Source: an uncultured Chloroflexia bacterium (lineage in GTDB: Bacteria; Chloroflexota; Ktedonobacteria; Ktedonobacterales; JADMIN01). From it: a DNA stretch of 64,000 nucleotides. The first letter of the stretch is position 1. The number at the start of each line of letters is the position of its first letter. Shown here piece by piece: positions 19,282 through 27,822 of the stretch. The stretch lies in contig CAWJCH010000031.1 in NCBI GenBank assembly GCA_963841205.1, positions 5,709 to 69,708 on the forward strand. The letters are read 5' to 3'. The notes under the pieces are model-generated. The model saw only the letters and a list, made by a program, of their open reading frames with translations. It was not told the origin of the DNA and made no database searches. Made by a program: the position numbers and the translations under genes.

Positions 19282-19905
19282 TCAGTCCGCGCATGAGAGC
19301 TGTCGCACCTGCCGCTGGGCGCGTGGTGTCAGCTGCCATCCCCCCGCTGACTCGCGCAGTGCGCCACGTGTCACCAGTTCCTTGAGCGCACTGTCGAGCT
19401 CGTGCACCCGCAGTATCGGGGACGCCAACCGCTTCAACCCTGGGGTCGGCGCGACGGCGTCGCGATGCGCCGCCGCCACGACTGCCGCCGTAAGCAGAAG
19501 TTTCGTCGGGGCGTCCCAGGTGTCACCTGGATGCGCCCTCTCCTGGAGCAGATAGTCGCGCAGGACAACGGCCTCATTCTCCTTCGTATCGCGCGCGCCG
19601 TAGACCAGCGTGACCGGCGCCCCCCCGGCAACTCCCTGGAGCTCGGCCAGCAGCATCTGGCGCAGCGGTGTCGCCAGCTCGTACCGATACTTTTCTACGA
19701 ATGCGTCCCATCGGTTTGGCTGATGGCCGAACCAGGTCCGCAGCTCATCGGTGGGCCCAAGCTCCTTCATCCAGGCGTCGAGAGCGGCCACGTCCTTGGA
19801 GACCCCGCGCGCCCACAAGCGATCCACCAGGACGCGCGTCCCATCACTCGACTCAGGCTTCTCGTAGATCCGCTTGATCGCTACTCGCACGCCTTGCTCT
19901 GCCAT
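19282..19905 (-). CDS. DUF488-family protein with a C-terminal extension
   Basis: IKRIYEKPESSDGTRVLVDRLWARGVSK...WMKELGPTDELRTWFGHQPNRWDAFVEKYRYEL...VTLVYGARDTKENEAVVL matches the DUF488 pattern. Confidence 0.7.
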   Translation of the reverse strand: MAEQGVRVAIKRIYEKPESSDGTRVLVDRLWARGVSKDVAALDAWMKELGPTDELRTWFGHQPNRWDAFVEKYRYELATPLRQMLLAELQGVAGGAPVTLVYGARDTKENEAVVLRDYLLQERAHPGDTWDAPTKLLLTAAVVAAAHRDAVAPTPGLKRLASPILRVHELDSALKELVTRGALRESAGGWQLTPRAQRQVRQLSCAD

Positions 19906-20016
19906 GGGATCTGCTCCTGATACCGAAAGCCTTCTGGCTTTTCGACGTGACACGCCTTGGTGCGGTCTGCCATATCCTCTCGTCCGATAGGCCGTACTCG
20001 TCGTGTGGCAGACGTT

Positions 20017-20436
20017 TTATTCGTATTCGCGCGTCTGGGCGCAGGTAGCAAGATGGCCTGCGTTGCCTCGGTGCTCACCGTGGGTCGGCGTGACCCGTTC
20101 GAGCATCAGTCGCGCGGGGGAGGTCTGCTCACTGATGGGCACAGCCACCATCACCACCCCATTGCCATAGGTGACGTTGGCGCACATGGCATTGACTGGG
20201 ACTGGGAGCGCGAGCTCACGGTGATACACCCCGACGCTCCATTCATCGATCAGCACCTCCTTGACATCCTTCAGCAGGGCGCGCTGGTCTCCATGGAGAA
20301 TCAGCCGGCCATCGTCGGTGACTTCGATCAGAATGTTCTCCGGTTCCAGTCCGGCCATCGGCGCGGCGATCATCAAGCGGTTATCAGTGCGGTAGACTTT
20401 GACTGGAACCGGTTGCTGCTTCGCCTGTTCGTGCAT
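20017..20436 (-). CDS. Hsp20/alpha-crystallin small heat-shock protein
   Basis: VKVYRTDNRLMIAAPMAGLEPENILIEV...GVYHRELALPVPVNAMCANVTYGNGVVMVAVP is an alpha-crystallin domain pattern. Confidence 0.8.
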   Translation of the reverse strand: MHEQAKQQPVPVKVYRTDNRLMIAAPMAGLEPENILIEVTDDGRLILHGDQRALLKDVKEVLIDEWSVGVYHRELALPVPVNAMCANVTYGNGVVMVAVPISEQTSPARLMLERVTPTHGEHRGNAGHLATCAQTREYE

Positions 20437-20561
20437 CGGCGTCACCCTCCGTCTCACCCGCTTTCGTGTAGCCCGCTCAGCTCAGAGAGCTTAGATCGCG
20501 CTATGACGACTCATTCGGTCTCCCCTCGGTCCAGAGACATCGAGGGATGCCTGACGCGCAC

Positions 20562-21050
20562 TCAGATCTCGGCTCCTCTCCCGTAGTACATAGTGTCTTC
20601 ACGCGATCCGCCTTGCCCGTCGCCGACGGTCTGGTACTTGGCGATGAACTCGATGGAGCGCAGATACTTCACCATTTTGTTGGCCAACTCGGTCTCCACG
20701 CGCAGGCAGAGCGGCGCACCGTGCGGGATGGGCAGCGGCACATCGTTGAAGTCGTACGCCAGGATCGTCTGGGGATGCCGTGCCAGCTCCAGGTCGATCA
20801 CCTCGTAGAACGGTCGTCGTGGCTGCCCGCCATAGGTGAACTGATCCAGCCCGTAGGAGGTACACAGCACGTAGCGCGCCTCGGGTAAGGGCTGAGCGTG
20901 CTCTAGGACGTCCAGCAGGCGTACCCACGCCCATTTTCCGCTGCCGGACCAGCCCTGCACACAGTGGTGGAGGGTGATCTGCTCCCCCCGCGGCATGGCA
21001 CGCAAGTCATCCAGCGAGAGGCTCAGCGGCTGCCGCACCAGACCTCTCAC
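20562..21050 (-). pseudogene. Molybdopterin-dependent oxidoreductase (sulfite-oxidase-like), C-terminal part, cut off by IS3
   Basis: LSLSLDDLRAMPRGEQITLHHCVQGWSGSGKWAWVRLLDVL...HGAPLCLRVE..KMVKYLRSIEF is the Oxidored_molyb pattern. Confidence 0.75.
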
Positions 21051-22331
21051 TGAAGTTGTCCCGGTTTGGTAGACAGTTCATCGTTAGGCGACGACCAGTG
21101 TTTGCGTAGCCCATCTCCTTTCAGAGACGTCCGGCGAGAGGTAGTCGAGCGCCGAATGGCGGCGCTGCCGATTGGAGAAGACTTCGAGGTACTCAAAGAG
21201 GGCGGTGCGGGCCGCGATCTGGGTCGGGAACGACTGACGAGCGAGGAGCTCGCACTCGAGGGTGGCGAAGAAGCTTTCGGCCATGGCGTTGTCGTAGCAG
21301 TCGCCGACCGAGCCCATGGAGCAGCGGATGCCGACCGCCTGGCAGCGTTGCCCGAAGAGCAGCGAGGTGTACTGGCAGCCATGGTCGGAGTGGTGCATGA
21401 CCCCCTCGCCCGGCCGCCGGTTCCAGACGGCCATCTCCAGCGCGGCCACGACTCGTTCGGTGCGCAGGTGATCGGCCATGGACCAGCCCACGACCCGGCG
21501 GCTGCACGCGTCCACGATCACGGCCAGATACAGGAACCCCTCATACTGAGTCGGCACGTACGTGCTATCCGCCACCCAGAGCGCGTTGAGGACGGGCGCC
21601 GCGAAGGTGCGCTGGACCAGGTCCGGGGCCAGCTCGGCCTGGGGATCGCGCGGCGTCGTGTGGAACGGGCGCCGGCGATGGCACCCGACCAGACCGGCGC
21701 CCCGCATGAGGCGCGCGATGCGCTTGCGCCCGCAGCGCGTTCCCGCACTCGCCAATTCTGCGTGGACGCGCGGCACGCCAGAGGTGCCGCGGCTTGCGTG
21801 TTGGATCAGCCGGATGTGCTCGACCAACTGCTCGTCGGCCTGGGCATGTGCCGAGCGGCCGCGCTGGCGCCACGCCCAATAGCCGCTGGGGGAGACACCC
21901 AGCACCCGGCAGAGAGTGACGACGGCATGGTGTGCCTGCTCGCGCTCCACAAACTCGTAGGCGACTAGCGGATCGAGTTGGTCTCCTGCGCGGAAGTTGC
22001 GCCGCGGCTTTTTTTCAGGATCTCGCGCTCCTCGCGCAGGATCCGGTTCTCGCGCCGGAGTCGGCGCAACTCCTCCTGGTCGTCACTCGTCAGCCCGTCG
22101 CGGCGTTTCCCCTCGTCGAGATCCGCCTGCTTGAGCCAGAGCCGCAACGTTTCGCCGGTCATACCCAGCTCCCGGGCGATCTCAGCATGGGGCTTGTCGC
22201 TCGTGCGCGCCAGTTGGATCGCTTCAGTACGAAACTCTGGCGGATAGGGTGGCATATGTTTCGACCTGCGAACACCTCCTCGGGGCCTTCACCCTAAGCG
22301 TACAGGTGTCCACCAAAGCGGGTCAACTTCA
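21051..22331 (-). mobile_element. IS3-family insertion sequence (1281 bp) with 25-bp imperfect IRs and a 3-bp target duplication
   Basis: TGAAGTTGTCCCGGTTTGGTAGACA at 21051-21075 versus the reverse complement of 22307-22331, TGAAGTTGACCCGCTTTGGTGGACA (22/25). Flanked by CAC at 21048-21050 and CAC at 22332-22334. Confidence 0.9.
21084..22255 (-). CDS. IS3-family transposase OrfA (21965..22255) and OrfB (21084..21950), joined by a -1 slip
   Basis: OrfA has an HTH and a leucine-zipper-like region. The slippery A AAA AAG site is a T7 run plus C on the + strand, 22008-22015. OrfB is in the -1 frame with a DDE core (WVADSTYV, LAVIVDACSRRVVGW, HSDHGCQYTS, CYDNAMAESFF). Confidence 0.9.
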
Positions 22332-22645
22332 CACCTGTAACCACCAGCCACGGAACTGGTCATGCGCGAGCTGGAGGTATTGCGGACTCTCTTGGGGGTC
22401 GGCGGTGCGCCATTGACCCAGAAGTAGGGGGAGGTCGCCGTCTCTGGGTACTGCTGCCTCGAGCGCAGGCGATGGAACAGGATCTGTCTGATCGGGCGCT
22501 CTATCGTATCGAGAGCCACCTGCACCTGGCATTTGTGGCGCACAGAATACCAGGACGCTCCCATATGGAGTGCGACGACGAACGCGATCGCGACCACGGC
22601 GATGGTCACGGCGAGCCCGAAATTGGCTTTCGGCTGACCAGCCAC
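22332..22645 (-). pseudogene. Molybdopterin-dependent oxidoreductase, N-terminal part (TM helix plus start of the Mo domain)
   Basis: FGLAVTIAVVAIAFVVAL...TSPYFWVNGAPPTP, then after one frame break at the G5 run 22394-22398, ..ESPQYLQLAHDQFRGWWLQV. This joins in frame to RGLVRQPLSL at 21050 once the IS and one CAC are removed. Confidence 0.7.
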
Positions 22646-22755
22646 GCTCCGTCAAGTAATCACGAGTAGTGCGCTGATTGCCAGAACGCAGCGTGATGGT
22701 TGCACTCGGTTAGGGCGGGGCCCCACAAACGGGCTCGGAGGTGATCACCCCGGGC

Positions 22756-23376
22756 TCACTCCTTGGTGATGAAGGCGGCGAACTCGACCAGCTGGCGCGC
22801 CTTGTCGGGGTCGCTCTGCGCCAGGTGCAGGTAGAGATCGGCCAGGTCGCGGGCGGTGGCGCGGGCGCCCGGCTCGGCGCTGGCAGCCGCGGCCCCGGCC
22901 TCCTCCGCGGTCATGAAGGACCAGCACTCGCCCAGCGAGGAGCCCCACCGCTCCGCGAGGTAGGCTACGAGGAGGAGGTTGACGATCTCGCGCGAGGCCG
23001 CGACCTTCGCGTCCATCATCTGCTCTAAGTTCCAGATCGTCTTGTGGGAGCTTCCCGGCACGCCGTCGGCCTCGCCCGCCAGGCCCGCAACTTCGAGCGT
23101 CTCGTCGGCGGCCTCGCGCAGCTGGTGGAGGAAGTACCCCAGGCGCTGGAGCCGACGCGCGCTCACGATGCCCCAGTTGCGCACCCGCATGCGCGTCAGG
23201 CGCGCCGTCAGCACCGAGGGTGCGGCTGTGCCGGACAGGGCGCGTGCGGTGTCGGGCATCGCGGCCACCACGCCCGCCGCCAGCTCCCGTGTCACCCCTT
23301 CGCGCCGCCGCCGCTGCTGCGGAGTATGCCCGTCGCTCGTCTTGTCCATCATCGCGTTATCCCTCTCACGCTGCAC
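22756..23376 (-). CDS. Hypothetical protein, divergent from the Arc-like gene
   Basis: Ordinary-composition 206-aa ORF (..HKTIWNLEQMMDAKVAASREIVNLLLVAYLAERWGSSLGECW..DPDKARQLVEFAAFITKE). No family was recognised. The start may be the MM at 23349-23352. Confidence 0.5.
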   Translation of the reverse strand: MQRERDNAMMDKTSDGHTPQQRRRREGVTRELAAGVVAAMPDTARALSGTAAPSVLTARLTRMRVRNWGIVSARRLQRLGYFLHQLREAADETLEVAGLAGEADGVPGSSHKTIWNLEQMMDAKVAASREIVNLLLVAYLAERWGSSLGECWSFMTAEEAGAAAASAEPGARATARDLADLYLHLAQSDPDKARQLVEFAAFITKE

Positions 23377-23473
23377 GCCCTATCACACGCCGATGATACC
23401 GAACGACGCCCAGAACTGTCCACCCTTGCCGCTATTCCTATGTATGTGTTTTGCCATACACGGTCACTATCTA

Positions 23474-23502
23474 TTGACAACAAGGAACTATTGCAGTAGA
23501 CT
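23474..23502 (+). promoter_or_regulatory. Sigma70-like promoter candidate: TTGACA, 17-nt spacer, TAGACT
   Basis: Read directly from the sequence. It lies in the AT-rich gap about 50 nt upstream of the Arc-like ORF. Confidence 0.3.
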
Positions 23503-23549
23503 TGCGGTAGATGACGCGGAGACGCTTCACGAAGAAAGGACGATGAACC

Positions 23550-23750
23550 GTGCCACGTTGGACCGATCACCAAGCGGAGAAGCCAAATCTCAACATGCGA
23601 ATGCCGCTTGAGCTGCGCGCGCGCCTAGACGCCGAGCGCATCAAGCAGCGCCGCACACTGACGGCTGAGGTGCTGATCCGGCTGGAGCGGACCTTCGCTC
23701 TGGACGATGCCGCACGCGCCCAGGAGGTGCAGCTAGCGCGCGCCAGCTAG
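23550..23750 (+). CDS. Arc/MetJ-type ribbon-helix-helix DNA-binding protein
   Basis: EKPNLNMRMPLELRARLDAERIKQRRTLTAEVLIRLERTF follows the Arc-domain pattern (..lnlRlP.eL...l...A...grSlnaEi...Le). Confidence 0.65.
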   Translation: MPRWTDHQAEKPNLNMRMPLELRARLDAERIKQRRTLTAEVLIRLERTFALDDAARAQEVQLARAS

Positions 23751-23818
23751 CGTTTTTTTGTTGGTCTCATATAGCGTCATTGGTCTAAACTAGTGACTGC
23801 AATGCGCTACTAAGCAGG

Positions 23819-24868
23819 GTGCCGGAAGCGAAGGAGGCGCTATCGAGGAGAGCCGGGAAAACGAGCGAGGCGCCAGCCATGAGGGTGGCCGACGCCCCAA
23901 GACGATCTGAGACCCGACGAAACGAAGCGAGACAAGCTGAGATAGTGCCCGCAGCCAGTTTAGCACAGCGCGGGCGAGGAAGGAACAACACCGTGGCAGC
24001 AGCACCGAAACTGAGCATCCTGCGCGGCATCGACGACACCCTCGTATACGGGGAGGACTGTCTGCTCGCCGTCGCCGCCCTCCTCGTCGATCACGCCTAT
24101 CATCGCCCCGAAACCCCGACGCGCATCCAGAAGTTGGCCGAGGCGTGGGAACCCGATAGCATGGGTCGGGTCCAGGTCAACGTCCGCAACGGCGGCGGCA
24201 AGTACGTGTGGGACGGGCAGCATCGCCTTGGGGCGATGAAGTTGCTCGGCATCGCGCAGGTGCACTGCACGACGTTCTATGGGTGGGACGTGCAGCGGGA
24301 GGCCCGCGCCTTCGTCGAGGCCAACGCCGGCCAAGAGAAGCTCTCCTGCTACGAGGTACACGTAGCCTCGCTCGCGGGGGGCGACTTCCGCGCCAGGGCC
24401 ATCGAGCAGGTCGTGCGTGAGTTCGGCTTCCACATTGATGCCAGGCGCAGCAATACCCGTGACGGGAAGCCCCGCGCGACGCAGGACTACGTCCTGGCCG
24501 TCGCCACGCTGTACCGCATCTACGACCGCAAGACGTGCGGCGGGGCCGAAGGCCTGCGCCAGGTGCTGCGCATCCTCACCGGCGCGTACCCCGGACGTGC
24601 CCAGGCGCACATGGCGGACGGCGACATGCTCCACGGGCTGCACGCCTTCCTCACCCGCGTCCACGCGGACCCCAACTTCCGCGAGCAGGTCCTGATCGGA
24701 CACCTCGGCACCGAGTCCGTGACCGCGCTGCGCAACAAGGCACAAGACGTCATGGCCTACTCAGTCCGGAGTCGCGTTGACGTCGCCATCCCCCTGCTGC
24801 TTCGGGATGTCTACAACAAGGGCCTTCGCCAAGAGCGCCGACTGGCACCCATGTACGGTCGAGCGTAA
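23819..24868 (+). CDS. ParB-like nuclease-superfamily protein with a DGQHR motif
   Basis: LLVDHAYHRPETPTRIQKLAEAWEPDSMGRVQVNV...YVWDGQHRLGAMKLLGI (DGQHR at 24212-24226). The start is uncertain; GTG 23993 has an AGGAAGGA RBS. Confidence 0.7.
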   Translation: MPEAKEALSRRAGKTSEAPAMRVADAPRRSETRRNEARQAEIVPAASLAQRGRGRNNTVAAAPKLSILRGIDDTLVYGEDCLLAVAALLVDHAYHRPETPTRIQKLAEAWEPDSMGRVQVNVRNGGGKYVWDGQHRLGAMKLLGIAQVHCTTFYGWDVQREARAFVEANAGQEKLSCYEVHVASLAGGDFRARAIEQVVREFGFHIDARRSNTRDGKPRATQDYVLAVATLYRIYDRKTCGGAEGLRQVLRILTGAYPGRAQAHMADGDMLHGLHAFLTRVHADPNFREQVLIGHLGTESVTALRNKAQDVMAYSVRSRVDVAIPLLLRDVYNKGLRQERRLAPMYGRA

Positions 24869-24945
24869 GGGGAGCCGCGGACCGCTCGGCGATCACTTCG
24901 CATGACTGCCGAGCGGTTCGGATGCAGTTGAAAGCGATCGGGACC

Positions 24946-25347
24946 ATGACAACGAAAGCGCCGAGACGAGCCCTCTCCGCCGACGGGGTGAGCGTGTGAG
25001 TAGAGGGGCATCCCGTCAGCGTCAACTCCGCCTATGGCACGCGGCGCGGCGGCAAGGGCCGCTACCTGAAGGCGGAGGCGGTGGCGTGGCGCGACTCGGT
25101 CTGGCTCGCATTCCGCCTCCAAGCGGCGCCATTCACCGCGGAACAATTGCCTCTCGTTGTGAGGTGCAGTTTCTACGGCGTGCGTGCCGACGGCGACAAC
25201 CTCCTGAAGTTGACGATTGACGGGATGAGGCTTGCGCTCGGCATCGACGACAAACACTTCAGCCCCATCACCGCCGAGGTGGTGCGCGGCAAGGCATTCG
25301 GGCAGGGCGCTTGGATCGAGGTCTGGACAGCACGGAGGGCGACGTAG
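24946..25347 (+). pseudogene. rusA: RusA-family Holliday-junction resolvase with an in-frame TGA at 24997-24999
   Basis: MTTKAPRRALSADGVSV*VEGHPVSVNSAYGTRRGGKGRYLKAEAVAWRDSV...VRADGDNLLKLTIDGMRLALGIDDKHF. The RusA acidic motifs are present, and the stop sits where a Trp (TGG) would fit. Confidence 0.7.
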
Positions 25348-25656
25348 ATGAGCAACACGGGGCTGGTGAACAGGCGGCGCGCTGCCGCCGCTGCGAAACC
25401 TGCGCCTAAGCGGCGGAAAGTGATCGGGCTGGACGACGCGCCTCCGGGCGTGCCTCGTCTGCTGCTGACGCGCGAGGAGGCGGCGTACGCGCTGCACATG
25501 AGCCTCGCCAAGGTGAAGCAGCTCATCGCGCGGGGCGAGAGCGGCATCGCGGCACCAGGCGGCATCTTTTCGATGAAGATCGGGGGGTCCCGTCGCATCC
25601 CCATGTGGGCCATTGAGGCGTATACTCGCCCACTGGCCGGGCAAGAGGGCGCTTAG
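25348..25656 (+). CDS. xis: Excisionase-family / MerR-like HTH DNA-binding protein
   Basis: The ATG immediately follows the rusA TAG. LLLTREEAAYALHMSLAKVKQLIARG...KIGGSRRIPMWAIEAY is the excisionase-type HTH_17 pattern. It lies directly upstream of the integrase. Confidence 0.65.
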   Translation: MSNTGLVNRRRAAAAAKPAPKRRKVIGLDDAPPGVPRLLLTREEAAYALHMSLAKVKQLIARGESGIAAPGGIFSMKIGGSRRIPMWAIEAYTRPLAGQEGA

Positions 25657-25686
25657 CCACGTAGGTACGGGAAGGATGCGAGGGAC

Positions 25687-26856
25687 ATGGAATCGAACGG
25701 GCAGCTACCGAGGCAGCCACGCCTGAGCCGTCAGAAGCACGGCAAGGGCGAAGGATCCATCGGCAAGCGCGGCGACGGGCGCTGGGAGGCACGGCTCACG
25801 CTCCCCGGTGGGCGCCGGAAGTCGTGGTACGGGAAGACGCGCCAGGAGGTCCAGTCGAAGCTTGCTAAGGCGCGCTACGAGTACGAGGAGCGCGGCGTCG
25901 AGCCCGCGGACGAGCGTACCACCGTCGAGCAGTGGTCGAAGACGTGGCTGGAGCAGGTGCGCGCCACCGTCTCCGAGACGACCTGGGTACGGTACGAGTA
26001 CAACCTCCGCCTCCACATCCGACCGCAGCTCGGCAAGGTGCGGCTCGCCCGCCTGACGCCCCCGCAGGTGCAATCACTCTATGCCCATCTCCTCACCGAT
26101 GGCGGGCTGGGTACTACCTCCGTGCAGATGGTCCATCGAGTGCTCCACCGGATGCTGGCCGACGCGGTGCGCCAGGAGCTTCTCACGCGCAACGTCAGCG
26201 ACAACGTCCGCGCCCCACGTCCCTCGAAGACCGCGATGGCGGCGCTCAACCGCGACGAGTCGAAGCTGCTGATGGCGACCGCCGAACGCTACGAGGACCG
26301 CTACGCCGCGCTCTGGACGCTGGCCCTCGCCACCGGCATGCGAATCGGTGAGCTGCTGGCCCTCACCTGGAAGGACATCGACCTGGCGCGCGGGAAAGTC
26401 ACGGTGTCCAAGACGCTGATGGCGAAGAAGGGCGCGCTGGAGCCGAAGGCCCCGAAGACGGCTGCCAGCAACCGGCAGATCCGCATCGGCCCCGACGTGG
26501 TGAGCGCATTACGCCGTCATCGCACCGAGCAGGCCGCTGAGCGGTTGCGCGCGGGCAACGTGTGGAAGGACCTCGGCATCGTCTTCTGCCGCGAGGACGG
26601 CTTCTACACGCGAGCCAACCGCATCGAGAAGGCCCTCGACCGGCTGCTGCGACTGGCGGAGCTTCCGCACATGCGCGTCCACGACCTGCGCCATACCGCG
26701 GCGACGCTGGCCCTCCACGCGGGGGAGCCGACCAAGAAGGTGTCCGAGATGATGGGACATTCCTCCGTGTCGATCACGATGGACCGCTACCAGCACGTGC
26801 TGCCCGACATGCAGGAGACGCTGGCGGAGGCGATGAATAAGATGCTATTTGGGTGA
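25687..26856 (+). CDS. int: Tyrosine-type site-specific integrase
   Basis: SAM-like N-domain (WSKTWLEQVRATVSETTWVRYEYNLRLHI). Catalytic residues in context: ATGMRIGELLAL, HDLRHTAATLAL, GHSSVSITMDRYQH. Confidence 0.9.
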   Translation: MESNGQLPRQPRLSRQKHGKGEGSIGKRGDGRWEARLTLPGGRRKSWYGKTRQEVQSKLAKARYEYEERGVEPADERTTVEQWSKTWLEQVRATVSETTWVRYEYNLRLHIRPQLGKVRLARLTPPQVQSLYAHLLTDGGLGTTSVQMVHRVLHRMLADAVRQELLTRNVSDNVRAPRPSKTAMAALNRDESKLLMATAERYEDRYAALWTLALATGMRIGELLALTWKDIDLARGKVTVSKTLMAKKGALEPKAPKTAASNRQIRIGPDVVSALRRHRTEQAAERLRAGNVWKDLGIVFCREDGFYTRANRIEKALDRLLRLAELPHMRVHDLRHTAATLALHAGEPTKKVSEMMGHSSVSITMDRYQHVLPDMQETLAEAMNKMLFG

Positions 26857-26918
26857 TACCTTTACACTGTGCTATCACTGCGCTATACTCACATTGACAC
26901 CGAGCGACAGGGGAGGAC

Positions 26919-27152
26919 GTGGTAACGATGGCAGAACGGGCGAGCAGCGCGGCGGTGCCGCGGCTCTCCGAGTGGCGCGTCCGACGGCTGATGACGCAGA
27001 CGGAACTTGCCGCCGCGTCGAAGCTCTCGCGCGTCACCGTGAACAAGGCGGAGCATGGGGGCCGTTTGAGCTTCCCCACCATCCGCCAGCTCGCGGACGC
27101 CTTGGGTGTCTCGACGGACGATCTGCGCTACCCGGATAGGTCGCCTAGCTGA
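26919..27152 (+). CDS. XRE-family HTH transcriptional regulator
   Basis: GGGGAGGA RBS. LSEWRVRRLMTQTELAAASKLSRVTVNKAEHGGRLSFPTIRQLADALGVSTDDL is a classic HTH_3 pattern. Confidence 0.75.
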   Translation: MVTMAERASSAAVPRLSEWRVRRLMTQTELAAASKLSRVTVNKAEHGGRLSFPTIRQLADALGVSTDDLRYPDRSPS

Positions 27153-27741
27153 CTGGTCCGCGAGGGGGTAGTTTTGGCCTCCCGGCGTCAGTATTGGCGT
27201 CAATGGGCTTTTTGGGGGAGGCACGGAATCGGTCGACAACCCTTGTATTCCGGGTTTGTGAGGATGGGATGAGCCAGTATGCGTACACCCGCCTATTGTA
27301 CGCCGCCGGAGCGCTCAACGGCAGGATACTTGTGATGAACGGCGCTCACGCCGCGAGGGGGCGGAAATGCGAGGGCCGGCGTAAGCGCGAGCTGTTGGGC
27401 GATTGGGCGGGGTCATGCCCTGCGAGGGGATGCCGAGGGGCTCTGCGGAAGGCGATGGCGGGGCTGTTCGCGCGCTTGTGGCGGGTGCCGCCGGTGGGCG
27501 AGGTCGCTTGAATTCAGGGGCGGCGTCGTGCTTCGTCGGAGCTTTTTCCGCTTCCTCCCGCTTTTGCATCATGATCGCGGCTTGGAGGCGGGAAATAAGG
27601 CATTTGCGGGGTGTCGGGCGCGGAAGCTCTTTTCGGTTTTCGGTTTGGGCTAGCCTCCATTCCGAAGGCGGCGGGGAGGGGAGACAGGTGGTGGGCGCGG
27701 CTTCGCGAACAGAAAGCTTGTTTAGAAACCAGTAGAGCACG

Positions 27742-27786
27742 GCGTGGCGGCGCGCGCAAGGATCGGGGAGGGACGCGCCGCCACGC
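27742..27786 (-). terminator. 13-bp perfect stem hairpin downstream of the PP2C gene
   Basis: GCGTGGCGGCGCG (27742-27754) pairs with CGCGCCGCCACGC (27774-27786), with a 19-nt loop. It starts about 37 nt past the stop codon and has no clear U-tract. Confidence 0.4.
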
Positions 27787-27822
27787 AGGGCGTGACAATC
27801 GTGGCCTTTCGTGAGTTGGTGG

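Larger units (their letters stand above)
22700..27800. mobile_element. Phage-like integrative module / cryptic prophage remnant (boundaries not found)
   Basis: Contiguous Arc-like RHH, DGQHR/ParB-like protein, RusA, excisionase-like HTH, tyrosine integrase and XRE HTH. An AT-rich divergent promoter region lies at 23380-23550. About 670 bp of ORF-free DNA lies at 27153-27822. Confidence 0.55.

Noticed and set aside
22646-27822. A tRNA gene or direct repeats serving as attL/attR for the integrase module.
   Set aside because: No cloverleaf-compatible sequence or T-loop motif was seen in 22646-22755 or 27153-27822. The best shared string (GGGCGGGG(T/C)C) is too short to mean anything in GC-rich DNA.
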